Positions 1 to 9,800 of a stretch of DNA of 20,000 bases are shown here, in pieces. This DNA is from Candidatus Zhuqueibacterota bacterium (GTDB taxonomy: Bacteria > BS750m-G25): the NCBI GenBank assembly GCA_016783505.1, contig JADHWK010000001.1, positions 177,336 through 197,335 on the forward strand. Direction: 5' to 3'. Made by a program: the position numbers and the translations under genes. The first letter of the stretch is position 1; each line of letters opens with the position of its first letter. The notes beneath the pieces were generated by a model. It was not told the origin of the DNA, did no database searches, and saw nothing but the letters and a program-made list of their open reading frames with translations.

Positions 1-1040
1 AGCCTGGGATTATCGGCCACCTGGGCAGCCACGGCCCGCTCGATCTTGCCCTGGTGGACCAGCCGCTGCAGGTCCTGGTCTAAGGTCTGCATGCCCGACT
101 TGGCCCCGGCCTGGATGACCGACGGGATCTGAAAGATTTTATCCTCGCGTATCAGATTGCGGACGGCGACATTGGCGATCATAATCTCGCAGGCGGGGAC
201 CCGACCGTTCCCACCCTTTAAGGGCAGAAGCTTTTGGGCAATAACCGCTACTAAGGATTCCGACAGCATGGAGCGCACCTGGGCCTTCTGGTTCACGGGG
301 AAGATGTCAATGATGCGGTCCACGGCCTTGGCCGAGGAGGCGGTGTGCAGGGTAGCCAATACCAGATGACCGGTCTCCGCCGCTGTTAACGCCAAGGCAA
401 CGGTCTCCAGGTCCCGCATCTCCCCCACCAGGATGACGTCCGGGTCCTCCCGCAGCGCCGCCCTCAGGGCGTTGGCGAAGGAATGGGTATGGGCCCCAAG
501 CTCCCGCTGGTTGATGAGACAGTTCTTGCTCTTATGGAAATATTCCACCGGGTCCTCGATAGTGATAATATGCAGCTCCTTGTATTCGTTAATATAGTCT
601 ATCATCGCCGCCAGGGTGGTGGATTTGCCGCATCCGGTGGGCCCGGTGAGCAGGATTAAACCCCGATCCTTCAAGGAAAAATCTTTGAAGATCTCTGATG
701 GCAGGCCCAGTTCGTCGAAGGAGCGAATCCGGTCAGGGATGGTGCGGAAGGCGGCCGCCAGGCCCTTCATCTGGTAGAAGATGTTCACCCGAAAGCGGGC
801 CACACCGTCCACCTGTTTGGAAAAGTCCACCTCCTTGTTTTTTTCAAACCGCTTTCGCTGGTCCTCGTTCATCACCGAGTAGGCCAGTTCCTTCATCTCA
901 TCGGAGGTAAGGACGGACAGATTCAGCTTCTGAATCCTACCGCTTACCCGCACCATGGGAACTGATCCTGCCGAGAGGTGGAGGTCGGAGGCGTCGGCCT
1001 CAGCGGCAAACGTCAAAAGCTCCTCAATTTTCAAGGGCAT
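1..1040 (-). CDS. pilT: Type IV pilus retraction ATPase PilT (3' end runs off the window)
   Basis: Not in the ORF track; translated by hand from ATG at 1040 (alternative TTG at 1034): MPLKIEELLTFAAEADASDLHLSAGSVPMVRVSG..., Walker A LTGPTGCGKSTTLAAMIDYIN, Asp box HIITIEDPVEY, Walker B ALREDPDVILVGEMRDLET, His box AETGHLVLATLHT, and AVRNLIRE (PilT AIRNLIRE motif). Confidence 0.95.
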   Translation of the reverse strand, partial: MPLKIEELLTFAAEADASDLHLSAGSVPMVRVSGRIQKLNLSVLTSDEMKELAYSVMNEDQRKRFEKNKEVDFSKQVDGVARFRVNIFYQMKGLAAAFRTIPDRIRSFDELGLPSEIFKDFSLKDRGLILLTGPTGCGKSTTLAAMIDYINEYKELHIITIEDPVEYFHKSKNCLINQRELGAHTHSFANALRAALREDPDVILVGEMRDLETVALALTAAETGHLVLATLHTASSAKAVDRIIDIFPVNQKAQVRSMLSESLVAVIAQKLLPLKGGNGRVPACEIMIANVAVRNLIREDKIFQIPSVIQAGAKSGMQTLDQDLQRLVHQGKIERAVAAQVADNPR

Positions 1041-1057
1041 TCTCCATAAGTATTTGA

Positions 1058-1492
1058 TTACCGCTCCGCGCCCTCGGGCGGCAGACCGTAGCCGTAGAAT
1101 CTACCCTCCGACAGATCATATCGGACCTGCTGGCCCGCCCCCCCCCTCATCTCATCGGTGCTGGTCGCCTGGATGGAACCCGTTCTCAGGTCGTCTGCGA
1201 TGGCGTTTAGCTGGAAGATCCATTTGCGCTGGGTGGCATCATCAATGGTCAGAATACCAAATTCTTCCAGCTCCTCCACATCGGCCGGGGCTCTGCCGTA
1301 CTGTTGTCGGTACATCTTGACCCCATTAAAAATAGCCCCCATGGTGGACTGGGCATCGGCGGCCCGAGCCCCTTCCACATAATCTAAGTAAATGGGCACC
1401 GAGATAGCCGCCAGGATAGCCACGATCACCACCACTACCAGCACCTCAACCAGTGTAAAACCCTGCTGGCGTTCAGAATTCTTGACTATCAT
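1058..1492 (-). CDS. Type IV pilin (PilA-like prepilin with class III signal)
   Basis: Cleavage/N-methylation motif QQG|FTLVEVLVVVVIVAILAAISVP with E5 and P22. Start moved to ATG 1492 because the track's first codons (TTG GAG GTA) contain a GGAGGT Shine-Dalgarno. 17 nt separate it from pilT. Confidence 0.92.
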   Translation of the reverse strand: MIVKNSERQQGFTLVEVLVVVVIVAILAAISVPIYLDYVEGARAADAQSTMGAIFNGVKMYRQQYGRAPADVEELEEFGILTIDDATQRKWIFQLNAIADDLRTGSIQATSTDEMRGGAGQQVRYDLSEGRFYGYGLPPEGAER

Positions 1493-1528
1493 ATATACCT
1501 CCAATTAAATTTAAACTATAACTTATTA

Positions 1529-1556
1529 AATATAAGGATTTTTTCACAAAAATCAA
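1529..1556 (-). promoter_or_regulatory. Putative sigma70-type promoter for pilin-pilT
   Basis: Minus strand TTGATT (1556-1551), 16 nt, TATATT (1534-1529) in an AT-rich intergenic stretch upstream of the pilin SD. Confidence 0.45.
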
Positions 1557-1646
1557 GTAAAAAGGAGAGCGGATTTGAACATATAAACCCGTTTTCCCAC
1601 AACTATTGCTTCAAGGTTGCACATTGAAACATTAAAGACACCTTTT

Positions 1647-1666
1647 TCAGTCAGGCGCCTGACTGA
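1647..1666. repeat. Perfect 20-bp palindrome (REP-like element or terminator hairpin)
   Basis: TCAGTCAGGCGCCTGACTGA is its own reverse complement; lies about 60 nt after the stop of the 1725..6851 gene. Confidence 0.8.
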
Positions 1667-1724
1667 TGGAATTTGGAATTTATCCTTACCTCTGAAACTG
1701 AATTACTCCGAAATTTGCCAGATA

Positions 1725-4700
1725 TTATTTCAAACAAACCATCTTGATCGTCTTCGTAAAGACTAACTCCCCCCCTTTCCGGGCGGTGATCCGGCACAGG
1801 TACACCCCCGAGGCATAATCCTCCGCCTGCCACTGGGTATGATAAAACCCGGCGGGCTGGCGGCAGGCTACCAGGGTGGCGACCTTCTGTCCCAATAGAT
1901 TATAAATGTGAACATTCACCCAACTTTCTTCAGGAATGCCGTAACGGATAAGGGTGCTGGCGTTGAAGGGATTGGGGGCGTTCTGGGTCAGGGAAAAGAC
2001 AGTGGGCACCCCAGGTTCCTGACCAGGGTTGAGGCTCACCATGGTTCCCGTCCCGCTCAGGGATACTATGGCCGGGCTTTCCTCCGGGTCGTTGCTGATG
2101 AATATCAGGCTTCCGGTAGTATCCCCGGCCTGAACAGGCTGGAAGCTCACCAGAACTAGCTGGCTCTGGCCGGGGTTTAACGTAAAAGAGATGTTCTCGG
2201 CTATCGTTTGGGGGGTGCCCCGCTGGCCTAAGGCCACCGAAAATGGACCCTGATCCACGTAAAGACTGTCCACCACCAGGTCGGCCTGACCCTGATTACT
2301 GACTACTAAGCCCCATTCGGCTTCCCCGCCTACGAGCACGGTGCCAAAATCGTGCTCGCTGGCTGAAAGGAAAATATCGGGAACGATTTCGGGATTGCCC
2401 ACCGTTAGGGACACCGGAACCCCAATGGGCTCACCCGGGGCATTGCTCTGAATCAGAAGATTTGCCCCGTAGGCCCCTGGGACCAGATCGGAAGCATCCA
2501 CCTGTACGCTCACCCCGATAATGCTGTCGGGCATCACCATCCCCCCATCGGGGTCCACCGTCAGCCAGCGGATCGGGGGATAGAATCCCACAGCAAGGCT
2601 GTCCTCCACATAGGGGGCGTTGTGGACTACGGTGAGGCCGATGCTGCCGTCCCCGTTCTGAATTCCTACCGTGGTTTCATCAAGTCGCTCGCTCCCCATA
2701 TCCAGGTATTGATACACAATTCCCCCATCCCAGGTCAATACCGCCTGGAAGGTATAGGGACCTCCCCGGGGACCCCACCCCGGCACCCCTATGAAAGAGA
2801 CCACCAGGGATTCGGCGGTGACATAGTAGAAAACCTGTCCCCCATATTCTAAGCTCAGGTCATCCCAGAAGATGGCCAGCAGGTTTTCGGGTTGAGCCGG
2901 GTCGGGTAAGGGGTAATTGGAGAAAGAAGTGTCGGTGGAGGTAAAACTGATCCAGCCGTTGCAACAGACCCTGAAACTGCTGAAACTTTCCCCGTAGAAT
3001 GGAAAGTCAAACCCTAAGGGAAAAGGACCCAGGTTGGAATCATCCCCCAGCACGACGATTTCATCCCCGACCCCTGTGATGTCGGCCCAGCGAAACGGGG
3101 GCCCCAGGGGTTCGTGGCTGTCGTACCAGGTGTAGCCATAGCCGTCCGGGCCGCCGGAGTTTAAGACCACCGCCGGATAGTGGGCTCCCACCGCCCCTTT
3201 AACTGGGGGGGATTCCCCCTCCATCCATATGGTAGGTGGGAACTGACTGATCAAATGGGTAGAACGTTCTTCCCCACGGCTGATCAGGATGGTAAACAGC
3301 AGGGTTGATCCCCCGGGGTTGGACACCGTCAATAGGTCAGAGGATACCCCCCCGACGGGCACGGTAAAGGAAAAGGAGTTGGGTTCCACTACCATCACAG
3401 GAGGTTCCACTTCACCCCCATGGTCGGTGGTAAACCGAATGGCGCGACCCGGGGCCAGGGCGGCAGCGGGGGCCGGATAATGGTTAAAATAGGTGTATTC
3501 GAGACCGTCATCCTGATCCGGGGATTCGATCCCCACGGTGGCGTAATCGTTATCACCATAGTTGCCAGGGACATTGGATACCGTATGGTATTGAAAGAGA
3601 ATGGGACCATCCCCGGACGGGGTGGGATAATAGGCGGGATCGCCGAGGACGACCTCAAAGGTCTCTTGTGTATTGGTACCGGCGGTGCGAACCCGGCTCC
3701 ATTCAAACAGGCAGCGATGGAAGCTGCTATCGTAATAGAAGACCACCTTACCCCCCGAGCTGAGCCGGAGGTCATCCCAGAAGGGTGCTATCATGGCCGC
3801 TGGGCCCAGGGCGGACGGGATGGCCCAGTTGCGGAAATTGTTGAGGTTCGTCGCCCCCATGGAAATCCAACCGTTGGTACATACCGTAACCCAGTGGTAA
3901 AGTCGTCCGTAATAGCTAAACGTAAACGGCAGGTTCATGACCAGGCTCTGGTCCTGCTGGTCCCCCCCATCGGATAAGGGCAGCACCGTCCCCGGCCCCC
4001 CATAGTCGGGATCAATTTCTATCCATTGATACTCCGGGGCCTGGGAATACCCCATATCAGTATCGTCGAAGGCGTAATACCCGTATGCGTCCGGGCCCAA
4101 AGGGTCAAAGCTGTGCACTACACCTACGGTAATGGTAAAACGGGTCGTATCCTGTATCCCCCCGGTGATGGTCAACATCAGTTCAAAATCTACCCGGCTG
4201 CCCGGAAAGAGGGTCGAATCGGCGGACAGGATCAGGGAATCGCTCCCATTGTCACCCTGCCCTCCGATGGGTATCGTACCGAAGAAGGCAACGGAATCCA
4301 GTATAATCACCCCTGGGGAAAAGGAGCGGAGCAGCCCGGCGACCCCCTGGGCCTCAAGCCCGCCGTTGTTTGAAAGATTGATCCCTATGGGTGCGGTTTC
4401 GCCCGGATCCAATAACCCATTTCCCCCATCCAAAATGGTGATCCCTGAGGTTACCAGATCCGGCCCCTTTACCCCCAGGATCAGCCGGGAAAGCCAGAGC
4501 TGGTCGGAGGAGTTGTAAATCCTTAAGTCAAAGGCGAGCTGGGTGCCATCGGGGCACTCCGGGTTTACCCGGAAGACGAAGCTATCCCCAGGGGCTGCTA
4601 CCTGTCCCGAATCTAAATCGCCGTAGTTAGCCACGCTGTCCAGCATGGCCACCCAGTGATCGGGAGTGCTCAGCACCACCCACACCCCCATCTCCCCCCC

Positions 4701-6851
4701 GCTTCCATAGTTCTTCAAAATGATGTCCAGCTCCACCGTCTCGCCGGGGTTTATCTCCCCATCCCCGTTCCCCAGACTGGCCCCGGTAGAATCGTCGTCC
4801 ACCACCTGATCATAAAACCCCACAAAACCCGTATCCTGGAGAACTGGGATTTTGGCCTGATAGGGAAAATAGTTTTGTCGGCTAACCGTAAGTTCGAGGG
4901 TATCTTCTTCTGCTATGGCAAGGGGGAGGTGGGCATTTCCCTGGTCGTCCGTAATCCCTCGGCTGATGATCTCCTCCCCGGATACGACACAGACATAAGC
5001 CCCAGGAATGGGTCGGCCCTGATCGTCCAAGGCCAACACCGACAGGCTATTGCTGCCCAGGGAAATGAGTTGGGGGTGCCCTACCGCTAAAGATCGGGGT
5101 ACATCCGTCCACATCGAAAGCCCGGGATCACCCAGGAGGTTATACGTATAAAAGTAAAACTGAACAGCGGTACGATCGTTGCCGTAGATGTTATCGGGGA
5201 AATTCTGGTAGAGCCCCATCTTCCCCCGCAGGATAGCAGGACCCAGATGCTCGATTTTCTCTTGGAGAATGCCCTGAAAGATCTCCCCATCAAGGCAGTT
5301 ATTGAACCGGGTGCTGGTGTCATAATAGCTGGGGCCTATGCAGGCGATCCCCCCCCTGGGATTGGAGGCCGTTCCGGCTCGGAGGAAGGCCTCAGCCTGA
5401 CAGGGGTCATTCCAGCTGTTAAACTCCCCGGTAGCACAGACCATCCCCATGACCACGGGTAGTTTCCAGCCGTTGTTCAGATTTAAAATATAGGAGGAAG
5501 TATAACCGTCCCAATAAATCCAGCCCCGATAGTTTACAAAGGACACCCCACTGTTAATGGAATTGGTAACCTGGCTCGCCGGGATACTCCAACCGCTGTA
5601 AAAGACGGTATCCACCCAGCTGTACCCCCCATAAGTCAAGAACATCCGCTTTATGGCCTGTTTTGTAGTCTCACAGGAGATAGTGGTATGGGTGGCGGCG
5701 ATCATCAATGCCCGCTTGAACCAGGTGGTATCGGTCATAAAAGGATCACTTTCGTAGTCTACGATCTTGCTGACTATGGTATTCAATTGACTGATGCTGC
5801 GTATCGAGAGCCGACCCACGAACACCTCGGGGAAGAAGTCAGTCCCCTCCAGCAGGCTGTAAGTGAGGTTTGAGACATTCCAACTTCCCGTCCAGGCGGG
5901 GATAGAATAGCTCCCCGATTCATCCCCCACTAATACCACGTATTCCGGGGGGATCTCCCCGCTCTGATAGGCGTTTCGGATATAATTGCGGATATTGGAG
6001 GCGGAATAGCCAGTCTCCGAGAGCCTGGCCACCGCAGTAGGATAACCCTTCTTTCGCTTCCATTCCACCAAAGGCTGAAGGGACTGTTCCACCTGATTGG
6101 AATTGGGGATGATGAATAAATATCCCCCCCTCTGGTCGGCCTCCTCGGTCTGGAAAAGCTCAGCACCCAAGACGAAATTCCCCACCAATTCCCCGAAGCC
6201 CTCCGAGGGACGAACCCTCGGGTCTAATTTGGGATTCTCATCGGAATGACCGGTATAGCTAAGCCGGAAGGTAATCTGCGTGTAAAACCAGTTCTCCTCC
6301 CGACCCGGATTGACCCGTATGGGGTAGATGTGGACGGGGACCATCCGCAGATTTCGCATGATGACGGGTTTGCCCACCGATAGGGGTTTTTCAGGAAAGA
6401 AAGTGTCCCTGGTGTATAAATCATCATCCCAGTTGAAGGCCTGGGCCCCTTCCCTGGAATCGGACCCAAACCCCTGCCCCGGCAAGGCCAGCCCCGGGGG
6501 TAGCGGCACCGAATCCAATCCTACTATTTCCAGCTCAACCCCGGCCATCGGGGGAACGGCCACCCACTGGGTGAAGGCGGGCAGTTCCGGCTTTCCCCTT
6601 TCCCCCATTAGGCCAGCACCGGGTATACCAAAGGTCCTAAATATTTGTCCATTTTTTACCATTTCCCCCACCTCGACCCCGGGGAAGGTAATCCTGACCT
6701 CAGTTAAGGCGTCACTTGACTCAAGAACCACCACTGCCGGCTTTTCGGAAAAAGCCCGATCATGGCCAGGGATCCAGTCCGCCCTGGCCAGGATGGGTCC
6801 CTGGAAGCACAAACACAGAATAAGAAGCAAACCCAATCTTCCCAATTTCAT
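1725..6851 (-). CDS. Gingipain-like peptidase C25 family multidomain protein with T9SS C-terminal sorting domain (paralog A)
   Basis: Signal peptide; C25 propeptide (GKPELP, P.IMRNLR.VPV.IYP); C25 core (LVEWKRKKGY, PEYVVLVGD, PEVFVGRLS, FVNYRGW, MVCATGEF); two D/GNG..[N/D]PGET Ig-like modules; two GPD.YGY...FPFYG...NGWIS...FWDDL modules; choice-of-anchor-D-like Ig domain; C-terminal QNAPNPFNAST...KMVCLK. Confidence 0.88.
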   Translation of the reverse strand: MKLGRLGLLLILCLCFQGPILARADWIPGHDRAFSEKPAVVVLESSDALTEVRITFPGVEVGEMVKNGQIFRTFGIPGAGLMGERGKPELPAFTQWVAVPPMAGVELEIVGLDSVPLPPGLALPGQGFGSDSREGAQAFNWDDDLYTRDTFFPEKPLSVGKPVIMRNLRMVPVHIYPIRVNPGREENWFYTQITFRLSYTGHSDENPKLDPRVRPSEGFGELVGNFVLGAELFQTEEADQRGGYLFIIPNSNQVEQSLQPLVEWKRKKGYPTAVARLSETGYSASNIRNYIRNAYQSGEIPPEYVVLVGDESGSYSIPAWTGSWNVSNLTYSLLEGTDFFPEVFVGRLSIRSISQLNTIVSKIVDYESDPFMTDTTWFKRALMIAATHTTISCETTKQAIKRMFLTYGGYSWVDTVFYSGWSIPASQVTNSINSGVSFVNYRGWIYWDGYTSSYILNLNNGWKLPVVMGMVCATGEFNSWNDPCQAEAFLRAGTASNPRGGIACIGPSYYDTSTRFNNCLDGEIFQGILQEKIEHLGPAILRGKMGLYQNFPDNIYGNDRTAVQFYFYTYNLLGDPGLSMWTDVPRSLAVGHPQLISLGSNSLSVLALDDQGRPIPGAYVCVVSGEEIISRGITDDQGNAHLPLAIAEEDTLELTVSRQNYFPYQAKIPVLQDTGFVGFYDQVVDDDSTGASLGNGDGEINPGETVELDIILKNYGSGGEMGVWVVLSTPDHWVAMLDSVANYGDLDSGQVAAPGDSFVFRVNPECPDGTQLAFDLRIYNSSDQLWLSRLILGVKGPDLVTSGITILDGGNGLLDPGETAPIGINLSNNGGLEAQGVAGLLRSFSPGVIILDSVAFFGTIPIGGQGDNGSDSLILSADSTLFPGSRVDFELMLTITGGIQDTTRFTITVGVVHSFDPLGPDAYGYYAFDDTDMGYSQAPEYQWIEIDPDYGGPGTVLPLSDGGDQQDQSLVMNLPFTFSYYGRLYHWVTVCTNGWISMGATNLNNFRNWAIPSALGPAAMIAPFWDDLRLSSGGKVVFYYDSSFHRCLFEWSRVRTAGTNTQETFEVVLGDPAYYPTPSGDGPILFQYHTVSNVPGNYGDNDYATVGIESPDQDDGLEYTYFNHYPAPAAALAPGRAIRFTTDHGGEVEPPVMVVEPNSFSFTVPVGGVSSDLLTVSNPGGSTLLFTILISRGEERSTHLISQFPPTIWMEGESPPVKGAVGAHYPAVVLNSGGPDGYGYTWYDSHEPLGPPFRWADITGVGDEIVVLGDDSNLGPFPLGFDFPFYGESFSSFRVCCNGWISFTSTDTSFSNYPLPDPAQPENLLAIFWDDLSLEYGGQVFYYVTAESLVVSFIGVPGWGPRGGPYTFQAVLTWDGGIVYQYLDMGSERLDETTVGIQNGDGSIGLTVVHNAPYVEDSLAVGFYPPIRWLTVDPDGGMVMPDSIIGVSVQVDASDLVPGAYGANLLIQSNAPGEPIGVPVSLTVGNPEIVPDIFLSASEHDFGTVLVGGEAEWGLVVSNQGQADLVVDSLYVDQGPFSVALGQRGTPQTIAENISFTLNPGQSQLVLVSFQPVQAGDTTGSLIFISNDPEESPAIVSLSGTGTMVSLNPGQEPGVPTVFSLTQNAPNPFNASTLIRYGIPEESWVNVHIYNLLGQKVATLVACRQPAGFYHTQWQAEDYASGVYLCRITARKGGELVFTKTIKMVCLK

Positions 6852-6875
6852 GTTCCAAATCTTCCTGAAAGCTAT

Positions 6876-9800
6876 TTATTTGATCAACAGCAACTTACGG
6901 TTCTGGGTGAAGTCCCTGGCTTTCATTCGACAAAAATATACCCCCGAAGGCCATACCGTCCCATCCCACCGCACCCGATAATATCCCGGGGCTTTATCCT
7001 TCTCTACTAAAACCGCTACCTCCTGCCCCAGGATATTATAAATCTTCAAAGAAACATGACTAGGAACGGGTATCTGGTATCTGATGACGGTCTCCGGATT
7101 AAAGGGATTGGGATAGTTTTGCCCCAGTGTAAAGACCTTCGGTAGGGCGTGACCGTCCCCCTCATCAACACCCACCGGGGTAATCGTCAGCCTCACCGGG
7201 ATCACCACCGTATCCCCCAGGGCGTTGTGGCTGATCCGGATCTGGGCACGATATTCCCCCACCCCCCAGTTCTCGGTGTCAAAATTTACCTGAATGGGAT
7301 GACTTTCCCCACCGGGCAGTATCCCATCCCTCGGGGAAACCGAAATCCAGTCCATGTGATAGCCGGCGTGATACCCCTCCACCCGATCCGATGAAGCCTG
7401 AATGATGACCACCATCACCCAGCGACTGTGAGCCCATTCATCCGTTATCTCCGCTCCCCCGGCATGCTCCCCACTGAACCCAGCCAGATGGGTCACCACC
7501 CGAATCTCGCCCGTAGAGGTATCCATCTTGCTGACCTGAAGCCCCGGGTCCCCCCCATCCTTGGAAAAAACATACAGGTTGAACCCCTCCTCATCCTCCG
7601 GCTGCCAGCCCAAACCATATATCCGCAGGTTACTGGGATATTGCCGCAATACCGTCCCTGAACGATCAATTACGTAGATGTCAGTGTTCACGCCGGAAAC
7701 CCAGAAATGATCCATCCCCGGATCGTAGGCGATGGCTCGGGCCGGATGGACGGGACTGGGGATCTCACCGATAAAATTCCCCAGGGTATCAAAAACCGTA
7801 AGGGTAGAACCAAAACTGCCATATAAATACTCCCCATCCCAGGCCAGGTCCCGGAAGCCCCAGCCAGCCGAACCCCCGGGCTGCTCAAAGAAATCCAGAT
7901 AATTCCCATCCAGGTCAAAAATATACACGTAGTTGGGTTGGGCCGAATTGTTGGCCCCGGACACGTAAAATTTTTTCCCGACAAAGGCGGCACCCAACAA
8001 CCTCCCATCCCCGGTGGGGGAACCCCCATCAAAAGAAAATTCCTGATCCCAAGGAATCCCTGCGGCACCCCCCGTATCGGGCTGAAAATGAACCCCCACC
8101 CGATACTCTAAAGGACCATTGCCTGGATTGCTCAAAGTAAAGGCCACTTCCTGACTCTGCCCCTGCGCCAACACCATGGTCAGTGAATCAGAATCCACCC
8201 ACACCTCAGGATGGGTTAAGGCAAAATCTAGGGCAGCGGTGTCGTCCACCGTAATCTCCACCCCCTGAATCAATGGATTATATCCCTCCAGGTGAGCCTC
8301 AAACTGATAATTTTTCACCAGGAGATCGGGGATAAAATAGAACCCGGATGAATCGGTAATCCCAAAATATACATCCCCCAGTGCCCGTACCCGGGCCCGG
8401 GGTAGGGGTTCCCCGGTTTCTAAATCGGTGACCCTTCCCCGCAAAGCCCCCCTTAAAAAGTTGATCTCGGTGGTGAATTTGATGGCCCTTCCCGCGATCA
8501 GGGGGGAGGCGGTCAGGGGCCTTACGTGAAAGTAGGAATACTCCAGCCCGTCTGCTTGGGAGGGGGATTCGATGCCCACAGTGGCATAGTCATTATCGGA
8601 GTATCGCCCTGGGACGTCGTTCACCGTCTCGTATTGGAACAGGATGTCCCCATCCCCCGACGGGGTGGGGTAGGAGACGGGATTATACAGAATGACCTCA
8701 AAGGTTTCCAAATCATTGCTGTATTCAGTCCGTACCCGGCTCCACTCCACCACAAACCAATTATTGACCGGGTCGTGGTAACAATAGACCCCGCCCCCAC
8801 CCAGTTCCAGATCATCCCAGAACGGGGCGATCATCCCGTCGGGCCCCGGGGCCCCGGGAATACCCCAGTTGCGGAAAAAGGGAATGGAACAGGAACCCAT
8901 GGCCAGCCACCCATTGGAGCAGATGGAGACCCGGGTATATCTATGGCCATAATATTGGAAGGGAAACGGGAGATCCACGATCTCTACATCGTCCTGCTCG
9001 TTCCCGTAATCACTGAGGGGGATTAAGCTCCCCACCCCACCATAATTGGGATCAATCTCGATCCATTGGTATTCAGGGGCCACCTCGTAATCGGAGTCGG
9101 TGTTGTCGAAGGCGTAATATCCGTATGAGTCCGGTCCCAGGGGATCCTGCTGGCCCACCGTCCCCACCTGGATGGAAAAGGAAACGGTATCTGAAAATCC
9201 CCCCTCCGCGGCCAAGGATATAAAGAGGGTAGTCTGATGTCCCCGAATGGTGAGGGCGTTGGCGGCCACCTGGAAATGGTCCTGGGTGTTGGTAGCTACC
9301 CCACCGGATGGAATAGCCCCGAAGACCCCGATGGGATCGGGGATGGTTACAAACGGGTCCTGGGAAAGAAGCCGGCCGGTCACGCTTGAAACCCCCACTG
9401 GTCCCTGATTGGCAACCGTCACCGTTAATTCAAGCACCTCGCCGGGGTCCAAGGTTCCCCCACCACCGATGAAGGTATGACCCCCCACCCTCAGTTCCGG
9501 GGCAAACACGGGGATCTCCAGGGCTGAAACCCAGGTACAATCTGCGTCATTGATAGTTAAATCAAAGGGAAGCTGGTATCCGTTGGGGCAGGAAGGGGAT
9601 ATGATAAAGTCAAAATCGTCAGCGCAGGCGGCGGAATCCCCCGGTCCCAGACCCCCATAGGTTTCCACCGTGTCAATCAGGGTTACCCAAGGGCTGGTAG
9701 TCCCCAGCACGGCCGAGACCTCCCCGGATGAGTCCTGAGCCCCGAAGTTTTTCAACCACACCACCAATTCAACCGTCTCCCCGGCCTGTAGGACCCCATC

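Noticed and set aside
1058-1492. Possible electrically conductive (e-pilin) signature: 13 of 133 mature residues aromatic, including F1, Y24, Y27 and Y50
   Set aside because: No aromatic residue at position 32 or 57 and a 31-residue aromatic-free gap (F82 to Y114), so it fails the usual heuristic.
3430-9150. Similar segments in the two C25 genes as a diversity-generating retroelement template/variable pair
   Set aside because: Both copies are inside intact paralogous ORFs, differences are not adenine-specific, and no reverse transcriptase is present.
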